Assembly (NCBI GenBank): GCA_017621655.1 | Contig: JAGASS010000027.1 | Location: 1,719-65,718 of the forward strand | Direction: 5' to 3' | DNA length: 64,000 nucleotides | Origin: Clostridia bacterium | Lineage (GTDB): Bacteria; Bacillota; Clostridia; Oscillospirales; CAG-272 | Shown here: positions 46,637-55,164 of the stretch, piece after piece | Layout: each line of letters starts with the position of its first letter | How positions within the stretch are numbered: position 1 is the stretch's first letter | Translations under genes and position numbers: made by a program | The notes under the pieces: generated by a model | Databases searched by the model: none | Told to the model about the DNA's origin: nothing | The model's input: only the letters and a program-made list of their open reading frames with translations

Positions 46637-47497
46637 ATGAAAGTTATAGATATAATCAAAGCCAATAAGCCGTCGTTCTCCTTCGAGGTATTTCCGCCGA
46701 AAACGAGCGCGAATTTCGACTCGGTCATGGCGGCGGCATCTGAAATTGCATCTCTTAAGCCGTCATACATGAGCGTCACCTACGGTGCGCTCGGAACGAC
46801 CGCTTCCTATACTGCCGAGATCGCAGAGAGAATAAGCGCGCTTGGAGTGACTCCCGTTGCGCATCTGACCTGCGTCAACGCAACGCGTGAGAGCATCGTC
46901 AGCAAGCTGACAGATCTCCGTTCTCGCGGAATTGAGAACATTCTCGCCCTCCGCGGAGACCTGCCCGACGGTATGACCCCCGATTCCCTTACCTATAAAT
47001 ACGCCTCTGACCTCGCTACCGAGATAAGTAGCTTCGGCTCGTTCTGCATCGGCGGTGCCTGCTATCCCGAATGTCACCCCGAAAGCGAAAACAGCGCACG
47101 CGATATTGAGGGACTTAAAATGAAGGTCGAAAGCGGATGCCAATATCTTACGACGCAAATGTTCTTCGATAACAATATCCTGTATAACTTTATGTACCGT
47201 CTGCTCCGCGCGGGAGTTGACGTTCCCGTCGTTGCGGGTATAATGCCCGTCACAAGTGCTTCGCAGATAAAGCGAATTTGCTCTATATCAAAGAGTGCGC
47301 TCCCACAGCGCTTCCTCCGCATCGTTGACCGTTACGGTGACGATCCGAGCGCCATGCGCCAGGCGGGAATCGCTTACGCGACCGAGCAGATAATCGACCT
47401 TTACGCTAACGGCGTGAACGCCGTTCACGTTTACTCGATGAACAAGCCCGACGTCGCACGCGAGCTTCGTGACAACGTAAGCGAAATAATCAAATGA
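46637..47497 (+). CDS. metF: 5,10-methylenetetrahydrofolate reductase
   Basis: FSFEVFPPKT..., YMSVTYGALGT, HLTC and ENILALRGD. Confidence 0.9.
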   Translation: MKVIDIIKANKPSFSFEVFPPKTSANFDSVMAAASEIASLKPSYMSVTYGALGTTASYTAEIAERISALGVTPVAHLTCVNATRESIVSKLTDLRSRGIENILALRGDLPDGMTPDSLTYKYASDLATEISSFGSFCIGGACYPECHPESENSARDIEGLKMKVESGCQYLTTQMFFDNNILYNFMYRLLRAGVDVPVVAGIMPVTSASQIKRICSISKSALPQRFLRIVDRYGDDPSAMRQAGIAYATEQIIDLYANGVNAVHVYSMNKPDVARELRDNVSEIIK

Positions 47498-48063
47498 TAA
47501 AGCATGGAATAATTCCTCTTCCCGAGGTTGACCGAAACGAGCTTCGTGCTCGGCTCGGCTGTCCTATAGAGAGCATCTCTCTCATTCCGAAGTGCTTAAA
47601 GGGGCTGAATGACTGCGTTTCGGCGAAATTTGTCAGCCGCTTTTGCGATATTATAAGGACTGAAAGCGGAATTGATCTCGGTTTTGGGGAAATAACGTCG
47701 AAGGATCTTATAAAGAATCTCGGTGAGTGTAAACGCGCGGCGGTCTTCGCCGTCACCTTGGGAAGCGACGTTGACCGACTTCTCATCAAGCTCGGAAAGC
47801 TTATGCCGTCCGAGCAGTTCGTGACCGACGCTATCGCCTCTGCTCTCTCCGAGACAGCTTGCGATGAGGCGGAAAAGCTCATTTTCGACGGACTTTCGCA
47901 CGCTCCGCGCTTCAGCCCCGGCTACGGCGATCTTCCGCTGGAGCTTCAAAAGCCGCTTCTTAACTTTCTCGATGCCGAGAAAACAGTCGGTATTACCCTT
48001 TCACCGTCGCTCTTAATGACACCGACGAAATCAATCACAGCTATCGCAGGAATAATTGAATGA
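47494..48063 (+). CDS. Stand-alone methionine synthase activation (AdoMet-binding)-like domain protein
   Basis: ...RFSPGYGDLPLELQKPLLNFLDAEKTVGITLSPSLLMTPTKSITAIAGI resembles the C-terminal reactivation domain of MetH. It is translationally coupled on both sides. Confidence 0.7.
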   Translation: MIKHGIIPLPEVDRNELRARLGCPIESISLIPKCLKGLNDCVSAKFVSRFCDIIRTESGIDLGFGEITSKDLIKNLGECKRAAVFAVTLGSDVDRLLIKLGKLMPSEQFVTDAIASALSETACDEAEKLIFDGLSHAPRFSPGYGDLPLELQKPLLNFLDAEKTVGITLSPSLLMTPTKSITAIAGIIE

Positions 48064-50411
48064 AAAATTTTAGAAACGATCTGAAAAGTAAATATCTGTT
48101 TTTCGACGGCGGCACGGGTACCGTCCTGCAGTCGCTTGGTCTGAATCCCGGCGAAGCGCCCGAAAGCTGGTCGCTCACACACCCCGACAAGATAACCGAG
48201 CTTCACCGCGCGTATCTGTCTGCCGGCGCGAATATAATAAAGGCGAACACCTTTGGGATAAACCCCCTGAAATACACTAATTACGCCGAGCTTATCTCGG
48301 CGTCGATCTCTTGCGCAAAAGAGGCACTTTCTGACTGCCCCGACGCATATCTTGCCTACGATCTCGGACCTCTCGGACGGCTTTTAAGCCCGCTTGGTGA
48401 CCTTTCATTTGAAGATGCGGTCGAGGCGTTTTCCAAATGTCTTAGCTGCGCTTCCGACCTCGGATGTGACCTGATTCTCATCGAAACGATGGCAGACAGC
48501 TACGAGACGAAAGCGGCTGTTATTGCCGCAAAAGAGACTTGTGACCTGCCGATAGTCGTAACGAACGCATACGGCTCCGACGGTAAGGTCATGACTGGCG
48601 CGGACGCCGAAGCGATGTCTGCGCTACTCGAGGGACTCGGCGTTGACGCGTTCGGCGCAAACTGCTCGTTCGGTCCCGATATGATGCTTCCGATCGCGGA
48701 AAAGCTCCTCTCGGTATCGTCGACTCCGATAGTTATGAACCCGAACGCAGGTCTTCCGACGGTCGTTGACGGCAAAACGCTCTACACGACGACGCCGACA
48801 GAATTTGCAAAATACATAAAGGAAATGGCAACAATGGGCGTGACGCTCCTCGGCGGCTGCTGCGGAACGACGCCCGAGCATATTAGAGAAGCGGTCAAGG
48901 CGGTAAATGACGTGCCGTTCAAAGCGCCGACCGAGAAAAACGACACCGTCGTTTCCTCCTATGCTAAAGCAGTAACAATCGGCAACGACCCGATACTTAT
49001 CGGCGAAAGAATAAACCCAACGGGCAAGCCGAAGCTCAAAGCCGCGCTCCGCGAAAACGACATCTCCTATCTGCTCATCGAAGCGAGCCGCGAGGAGGAA
49101 GCGGGCGCGCATATTCTCGACGTGAACGTTGGTCTGCCTGACATTAACGAAGCCGAGATGATGAAAAAGGCAGTAAAGGAGCTACAGAGCGTGACCGCGC
49201 TTCCGCTTCAGCTCGATTCCTCTGATCCGAAGGTGCTTGAGAACGCTATGCGGATATACAACGGCAAGCCGCTTGTCAATTCAGTAAACGGCGAAAAGGA
49301 AAAGATGGACGCCGTCTTCCCTCTTGTCAAAAAGTACGGCGGAACGGTAGTTGCACTCACGATGGACGAAAGCGGCATTCCGAACACCGTCGAAGGTAGA
49401 GCCGAAATTGCGCTCAAAATTGCTTCTGAAGCCGCAAAATACGGCATCAAGAAAAAGGACATTATCGTTGATCCGCTCGCCCTTTCGGTCTCCGCCGACA
49501 AGGATAGCGCCTTAGTCACTCTCGGCGCGGTCAAAAAAATAACCGAGCTTGGCTTCAGGACCGTGCTCGGCGTGTCGAATATTTCCTTCGGGCTTCCCGA
49601 GCGCGAGAAGATAAACTCGACCTTCTTCGCTCTCGCTCTCGAAAACGGGCTTTCCTGCGCGATAATGAATCCGTTTTCCGCTTCAATGCTCGACACTTAT
49701 TACGCATTCAGAGTGCTTCACGGGCTTGATAACGGATGCCTTGACTACATTTCATACGCCGACAAGGCAAAGGCGGAAAGGGCAGAAACGCCGCAAGCCG
49801 ACCTCACGCTTTCCTACTGCATTCTCAAGGGAATGGCAAAGGAAGCGATAGAGATTGCATCAAGGGTAAAAAGCGATCCTCTCGGCGTTATAAACGCAGA
49901 AATTATCCCTGCGCTTAACGAGATCGGTCAGCAGTTTGAAGATAAAAAGGCATATCTGCCACAGCTCCTTATGAGCGCAGACGCGGCAAGCGGTGCGATC
50001 TCCGAGCTTAAAAAGCTTATGCCGAGCGCGTCTGACGGCGGAAAGGGCGCCGTAATTCTTGCGACCGTCAAGGGCGATATTCACGATATAGGAAAGAACA
50101 TCGTCAAGGTGCTTCTTGAAAGCTACGGCTTCAAGGTCTACGACCTCGGGCGCGACGTTTCGCCCGAAAATGTCCTTGACGCTGTCAAAAATACCGACTG
50201 CAAGCTCGTCGGCTTAAGTGCTCTTATGACGACGACTGTACCGAGCATGGAAAAGACAGTCTCGCTTCTGCACGAATACGATCCCGATATAAAGGTAATG
50301 GTAGGCGGCGCGGTGCTCAACGAGGAATACGCCCGTAATATCGGCGCGGATAAGTATTCACCCGACGCAATGGGCGCGGTAAGGTTTGCAGAGGAATTTT
50401 ACGGAATGTGA
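48060..50411 (+). CDS. metH: Cobalamin-dependent methionine synthase lacking the activation domain (Hcy-binding + pterin-binding + B12-binding)
   Basis: FDGGTGT...GANIIKANTF...GGCCGTTPEHI (Hcy domain), a pterin-binding barrel, then ATVKGDIHDIGKNIV (DxHxxG B12 motif)...SALMTTT. Confidence 0.9.
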   Translation: MKNFRNDLKSKYLFFDGGTGTVLQSLGLNPGEAPESWSLTHPDKITELHRAYLSAGANIIKANTFGINPLKYTNYAELISASISCAKEALSDCPDAYLAYDLGPLGRLLSPLGDLSFEDAVEAFSKCLSCASDLGCDLILIETMADSYETKAAVIAAKETCDLPIVVTNAYGSDGKVMTGADAEAMSALLEGLGVDAFGANCSFGPDMMLPIAEKLLSVSSTPIVMNPNAGLPTVVDGKTLYTTTPTEFAKYIKEMATMGVTLLGGCCGTTPEHIREAVKAVNDVPFKAPTEKNDTVVSSYAKAVTIGNDPILIGERINPTGKPKLKAALRENDISYLLIEASREEEAGAHILDVNVGLPDINEAEMMKKAVKELQSVTALPLQLDSSDPKVLENAMRIYNGKPLVNSVNGEKEKMDAVFPLVKKYGGTVVALTMDESGIPNTVEGRAEIALKIASEAAKYGIKKKDIIVDPLALSVSADKDSALVTLGAVKKITELGFRTVLGVSNISFGLPEREKINSTFFALALENGLSCAIMNPFSASMLDTYYAFRVLHGLDNGCLDYISYADKAKAERAETPQADLTLSYCILKGMAKEAIEIASRVKSDPLGVINAEIIPALNEIGQQFEDKKAYLPQLLMSADAASGAISELKKLMPSASDGGKGAVILATVKGDIHDIGKNIVKVLLESYGFKVYDLGRDVSPENVLDAVKNTDCKLVGLSALMTTTVPSMEKTVSLLHEYDPDIKVMVGGAVLNEEYARNIGADKYSPDAMGAVRFAEEFYGM

Positions 50412-50429
50412 AAGCCGCTCGATCTATTC

Positions 50430-50470
50430 CTTGTAGGGCGGGGGCTTGCTCCCGCCGCCCCGTTTCAAAG
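50430..50470. repeat. Short family A-type hairpin
   Basis: CCTTGTAGGGCGGGGGCTTGCTCCCGCCGCCCCGTTTCAAAGG. Confidence 0.6.
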
Positions 50471-50540
50471 GTAATGAATCTTTGTTGCGAGAATTAAATG
50501 TCTTATGATAGAATTTTGCGTTTTACAAAATCTAATCGTT

Positions 50541-50622
50541 GTATTGCGGGGCGTCGAGGTAGGGGTTCCCGAAAACGAGCAAGGCGAGTTTTTGGGGTTC
50601 CCGAGGTTGTCGCCCCCTACAA
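50541..50622. repeat. Intergenic repeat family A, about 82-bp copy
   Basis: GTATTGCGGGGCGTCGAGGTAGGGGTTCCCGAAAACGAGCAAGGCGAGTTTTTGGGGTTCCCGAGGTTGTCGCCCCCTACAA, near-identical to 17975-18057. Confidence 0.85.
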
Positions 50623-50712
50623 AAACGTCGCACAAACTCCTTAATTAAATCAATAATCCCGCATATAATTATTCGCCTTAACATTCAAAATCAATAATCA
50701 AGGATCCATCTT

Positions 50713-51621
50713 ATGAAAATTCACGAAAACATCGTATCAACGATCGGATCGACGCCGCTTGTGCGTCTGTCGAAATTTTTTCCACAGGGAAATCTGATCG
50801 CAAAGCTTGAATATTTTAACCCCGCAGGAAGCGCGAAGGACCGCGTTGCCGCTTCGATGATAGCCGATGCCGAAAGTAAGGGGCTTCTTAAGCCCGGCTC
50901 TGTCATAATCGAGCCGACGAGCGGAAACACGGGAATAGGACTTGCCGCAGTCGGTGCTTCAAAGGGCTATAAGGTGATCCTCACGATGCCCGACACCATG
51001 AGCATCGAGCGCAGGCGTCTCCTTTCCGCTTACGGCGCGGAAATAGTCCTGACCGACGGAAAGCTCGGCATGGCAGGTGCGATAGCGGAAGCGGAGCGTC
51101 TCGCTCAAAAATACGAAAATTCCCTCATCGCAGGTCAGTTCGATAATCCGTCAAACCCCGACGCGCACTATAAAACAACAGGTCCCGAGATCTGGTCGGA
51201 TACCGACGGTAAGGTCGATATTTTCGTCAGCGGAATCGGCACGGGCGGTACCCTCTCGGGCACTGGAAAGTATCTTAAGGAAAAGAATCCGAGTATAAAG
51301 ATCGTCGGCTTCGAGCCGTTGTCCTCCCCCCTTATAACAGAGGGCAAAGCGGGCGCGCACGGCATTCAGGGAATCGGCGCGAACTTCGTGCCGAAGAATT
51401 ACGACGCATCGGTCTGCGACGAGGTCGTGACCGTTTCCGACTCCGACGCATTCGAGTGTGCTAAACAGCTCGCGAGAACCGAGGGCTTCCTCGTCGGCAT
51501 CAGCTCGGGCGCCGCGCTCTTCGCCGCGTCAAAGCTCGCACTTGAAAACCCCGATAAAACAGTCGTAGCACTCCTCCCCGACGGCGGCGAAAGATACCTT
51601 TCAACAGGAATATATGATTAA
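50713..51621 (+). CDS. cysK: Cysteine synthase A (O-acetylserine sulfhydrylase)
   Basis: GSTPLVRL, NPAGSAKDR, EPTSGNTGIGLA and GIGTGGT. Confidence 0.92.
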   Translation: MKIHENIVSTIGSTPLVRLSKFFPQGNLIAKLEYFNPAGSAKDRVAASMIADAESKGLLKPGSVIIEPTSGNTGIGLAAVGASKGYKVILTMPDTMSIERRRLLSAYGAEIVLTDGKLGMAGAIAEAERLAQKYENSLIAGQFDNPSNPDAHYKTTGPEIWSDTDGKVDIFVSGIGTGGTLSGTGKYLKEKNPSIKIVGFEPLSSPLITEGKAGAHGIQGIGANFVPKNYDASVCDEVVTVSDSDAFECAKQLARTEGFLVGISSGAALFAASKLALENPDKTVVALLPDGGERYLSTGIYD

Positions 51622-51653
51622 AATAAGCTCCGAGAACATCGTTCTCGGAGCTT
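51622..51653. repeat. 32-bp perfect direct repeat, left copy (terminator hairpin)
   Basis: AATAAGCTCCGAGAACATCGTTCTCGGAGCTT, identical to 54603-54634. Internal 13-bp stem AAGCTCCGAGAAC / GTTCTCGGAGCTT with loop ATC. Confidence 0.95.
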
Positions 51654-51656
51654 TTT

Positions 51657-54398
51657 CTATTCTTTGCTATCTTTTGGTGCTTTTCCCTTTTCAGCATTAA
51701 TTCTGTCAATCTCTTCTTGAATTAACTGACCAAATTTCTTTTCATCAACTTCAACCGCACCAGTCTCATTCTGCTCTGCAGCGACGGATTTATCAGCAAA
51801 TTCGTCAAATACCTTCTGCTTGTACTCCAACAGTTGCGTAATCCTTTCATCGATCGTATTCTCGCAAAGCAGGCGATATACAAGCACATTTCGGGATTGT
51901 CCCATTCGATAAGCTCGTGATATTGCCTGATTTTCCGTTGACGGCTTAAACTGTGGTTCGCAAATAACAACCACACTGGCGGACTGTATATTCAAACCGG
52001 TTCCGCCGGATTGTATTTGCGCCAAAAGAACAGATCCTTCCGGCGCCTTATCGAACGAATCTATTATCTCTTGTCGACGCGGTGGCGGAACTGAGCCATT
52101 AATCGGTCCGTAGCAACGTTCTCCAAGAAATCCTCCGATAGAGCGAATTGTATCCAAGAAAAACGAGAAAACCAACACTTTTCGCCCTTCTGATTTTGCC
52201 TCATCAACTATTTCGAGCAGTCTTTTTGCCTTACAGGACTTGTTTCTCAAATCATCCACGTCCCACGACAGTCTGCGAGAGGCAGCATAGTTTTTAGAAA
52301 GTACATTTTGCTCATAAGTTTCTTTTTCTTCAGGATTCAACGTGCACCATTCTCTTGTCTCTATGAGTTCGGGCAACTCCGTAAGCACATCTTCGCGCTT
52401 ACGGCGATAGTAAACAGGGGCTACTCGATTTCTAAACTGCGGTGCACTGGGCATAAAAGTCATACTTTGAACCGATGTCGCTACGTTTGGTTGAAGAATT
52501 TCTATCAATGCCACCATTTCCTCAACCTTGTTTTCCAATGCCGTGCCTGTCATAAACAGCATTCTATCTGACTTCGAGCACAAGCGCTTCACGTTTATGC
52601 TTCTTCGCGCGTCTGGGTTTTTGATATAATGAGCCTCATCAACAATAATCAAATCAATTTTTTCTATACTTTCATCCTTTATGTATGCCGTCGTTTCAAA
52701 CGTTGTAACCGCAACTCCTCCTGTTTTCACCCAAGATTTTATAGCTTGCGCTCTGCCCGCGCCGTGTATTCTCGTGACTCGTAACATACTGTGCTTTACA
52801 ACTTCGCGACACCAGTTCGTTATTACGCTTGCAGGGCAAACGACGAGAAAATGGGTAGCTCCCGTATTGCGGAGAGAAACCATCGTGGCAATTGCCTGCA
52901 CGGTTTTTCCGAGACCCATTTCGTCCCCAAGCAATACATTCTTTTGGTGCAAAATATACTTGACGCCCCATTCCTGATATCGGCGGAGAGTACACAGCAA
53001 ACCGTCAGGAAAAAGGACCTCTTCCTGTATTTCTCTCGCCAGATCCTCCGGCAATCCGTAGAGACCATCGTCGTTACCCAGCGCCCCTGGAACGATCTCT
53101 TCAAGCACAGAAATGTACTCGATATTATGCTCCTGAAAATCGGCCCATGCCGTATTGGCGGAGGGTGCCGATTTTTCAGCAAGAAGAAGATTGGCGAGTT
53201 TTTTTATCTTCTTGGCGTATTCGCCTTCGACAATCGGCTTTAGTTTTTTGTATGCATCACGTGTATCCGAACGTTGTTCGTTCGTAAAGAACAGCCAACT
53301 AAGACCGTTCCCGACCATTTCAAGCGTTTCTTCGGCATTCGAAACGATCTCTCGGTTATTTTCGATAATATCGAGTAATTCTTTTCTACTGGCGGTTTTT
53401 GTTCGATAAATGCAAATCGCTTTGACAAGCTCAGTCGCCTGTTTATTACGGTCATCTGCATTTAACTTAATTTTTACGCCTTCGCTCGCCTCCTCCAAAA
53501 ATCGTTTAGCGATCCTCTTCATGGAAAAGGCGGCATTATCACTTATTCCATATATAGACGATAACTGATATGGAGAGGCGGAGTAAATATCCGCCATTGT
53601 GTCTATACCTGCATCACGAAGTGATTTAACCCTAAATCCTCCTTTTTCACGGTTAACTTCCTCAACGGGGACGCTTTTCAGTATTTGCATAGCATTAAAA
53701 GCCATCATTTTCTCTGCGGCATTCTTTACCCGATCCTTTTCCTTTTCGGCTACAGAGTTACATTTAGAAATCTCCCCTCTCAATGAATCCAATTGTGAGA
53801 ACTGATGCTGAAACGGGCTATAACCCTTCGATTCAATTATTCCGGGGCACATTGTTTCCAACGCATCTTCAAACGACGATGGATTCATCAAAAAGGTATC
53901 CCAAGCGACCTCTGCAGATACTTGACACGCTGAATCAACGTCTGAGACAAGGTGAGGGATTACTTGACCGTAGCTCCCATTAAGAATATCTGTCAACTCT
54001 CTATACGCATTCGTGGCGTTTTCTTTCGCGCGCTTTCCGCCAAAAAGCCAAGACAGCCCCGCTAATCCCGGATTAAGAGCAGTTATGTATTGTTTAACGA
54101 TAGAAGCCACTTGATCCGTATAGTTCTGAGCAGTTTCAAATGCCGATTGAGATAGAAGATACTTATAAACGTTGCGTATCAACAAATCCGTGTCCGGCGT
54201 CCTTCTCAACTCTTCGAAAGGATGCTCAAAATAGTCAAAAATCTGTTTTTTTATTGTTGTACCTGTAATCAAGCCATTGGCGATACGTGCTGTATTCGCT
54301 TGTATCTCCGTCTCCTTGGACTTTATATTATCCAATTTCAAAAGAAGTGCTTTGTGCTTTTCAATTAATTGCTTTGCTTGCTTTATGCTGAAATCCAT
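51657..54398 (-). CDS. SNF2-family (SF2) helicase/translocase with large unassigned N-terminal region containing an HhH-like segment
   Basis: The C-terminal half has LRRYQEWGV, LGDEMGLGKTVQ (motif I), IIVDEAHYIKN (DEAH), MTGTALEN, LVFSFF, LLAQIQSGGTGLN and QAISRAYRMGQ (motif VI). ATG 54398 sits behind an AAGGAGA RBS, so it is preferred over 54425. Confidence 0.9.
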   Translation of the reverse strand: MDFSIKQAKQLIEKHKALLLKLDNIKSKETEIQANTARIANGLITGTTIKKQIFDYFEHPFEELRRTPDTDLLIRNVYKYLLSQSAFETAQNYTDQVASIVKQYITALNPGLAGLSWLFGGKRAKENATNAYRELTDILNGSYGQVIPHLVSDVDSACQVSAEVAWDTFLMNPSSFEDALETMCPGIIESKGYSPFQHQFSQLDSLRGEISKCNSVAEKEKDRVKNAAEKMMAFNAMQILKSVPVEEVNREKGGFRVKSLRDAGIDTMADIYSASPYQLSSIYGISDNAAFSMKRIAKRFLEEASEGVKIKLNADDRNKQATELVKAICIYRTKTASRKELLDIIENNREIVSNAEETLEMVGNGLSWLFFTNEQRSDTRDAYKKLKPIVEGEYAKKIKKLANLLLAEKSAPSANTAWADFQEHNIEYISVLEEIVPGALGNDDGLYGLPEDLAREIQEEVLFPDGLLCTLRRYQEWGVKYILHQKNVLLGDEMGLGKTVQAIATMVSLRNTGATHFLVVCPASVITNWCREVVKHSMLRVTRIHGAGRAQAIKSWVKTGGVAVTTFETTAYIKDESIEKIDLIIVDEAHYIKNPDARRSINVKRLCSKSDRMLFMTGTALENKVEEMVALIEILQPNVATSVQSMTFMPSAPQFRNRVAPVYYRRKREDVLTELPELIETREWCTLNPEEKETYEQNVLSKNYAASRRLSWDVDDLRNKSCKAKRLLEIVDEAKSEGRKVLVFSFFLDTIRSIGGFLGERCYGPINGSVPPPRRQEIIDSFDKAPEGSVLLAQIQSGGTGLNIQSASVVVICEPQFKPSTENQAISRAYRMGQSRNVLVYRLLCENTIDERITQLLEYKQKVFDEFADKSVAAEQNETGAVEVDEKKFGQLIQEEIDRINAEKGKAPKDSKE

Positions 54399-54602
54399 TT
54401 TAGGTATTCTCCTTATTCGATGCAAACATGCGCCTGCTTAGTGCATTTCAAAGAATCGATTTTACCCCCTCGCAGAGATCGAAAAAGCATTTATCTTTTC
54501 GCCTATTATTTTATCACAAATCATTGTAGTGTACAATACATTTTGTCAGCTTTTGTATAATGGTTTCGCCAATAATTGTTATTACAGCGTTTCAATAATA
54601 AC

Positions 54603-54634
54603 AATAAGCTCCGAGAACATCGTTCTCGGAGCTT
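54603..54634. repeat. 32-bp perfect direct repeat, right copy (terminator hairpin)
   Basis: Identical to 51622-51653. It lies 6 nt downstream of the stop of the minus-strand membrane-protein gene. Confidence 0.95.
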
Positions 54635-54640
54635 GCTTTA

Positions 54641-55018
54641 TTATAAGGTTTCCGACAGAAAGTCGAAAAATCTTTCCCACGGCTCGACCATGAAAAACGC
54701 GATAAATGCGACGGCGATAAATTGTATCCACCAAATATATTTATTGTATCCCAGCTTATCGGAGACGTTGTAATTGAACATCAAGGTCACAACAAACGCG
54801 GCAACAGACAAAATTCCCGCAATCAATGCAAGCCAATACATAACTACGGATTGACTGTCTTCGGGTACATTTGAGTCAATGTTGTGAACAGTACCGATCG
54901 TGCCTATGCACCGAAACAGACACTCTATTCCAAAGCTCAAAACCACCGCATAAACGAGAGCAAATAATATGACGAATAAAAATTTGTGTTTTTTCACTTC
55001 TTCACCTCCTTCGAGCAT
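54641..55018 (-). CDS. Hypothetical small membrane protein (4 TM)
   Basis: Hydrophobic helices (FLFVILFALVYAVVLSF, MYWLALIAGILSVAAFVVTLMF, IWWIQFIAVAFIAFFMV). The likely start is GTG 54997 behind GGAGGTG. Confidence 0.6.
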   Translation of the reverse strand: MLEGGEEVKKHKFLFVILFALVYAVVLSFGIECLFRCIGTIGTVHNIDSNVPEDSQSVVMYWLALIAGILSVAAFVVTLMFNYNVSDKLGYNKYIWWIQFIAVAFIAFFMVEPWERFFDFLSETL

Positions 55019-55077
55019 ATTGTATCACACTTTGACGCGAGATGCAATAAATAACTGCTTTTCGCCCGGCGAAAAGC

Positions 55078-55151
55078 CACCTTACCTATTACTTCTTCCC
55101 TATTACCTCTTACTTCCCAAAAGATCCCGCACTTGCGTGCGGGATCTTTTT
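55078..55151. repeat. Low-complexity TTAC/CTCTTAC arm fused to a terminator hairpin (family F)
   Basis: CACCTTACCTATTACTTCTTCCCTATTACCTCTTACTTCCC + AAAAGATCCCGCACTTGCGTGCGGGATCTTTTT, related to 62798-62915. Confidence 0.65.
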
Positions 55152-55164
55152 AATATGTTGCCGT

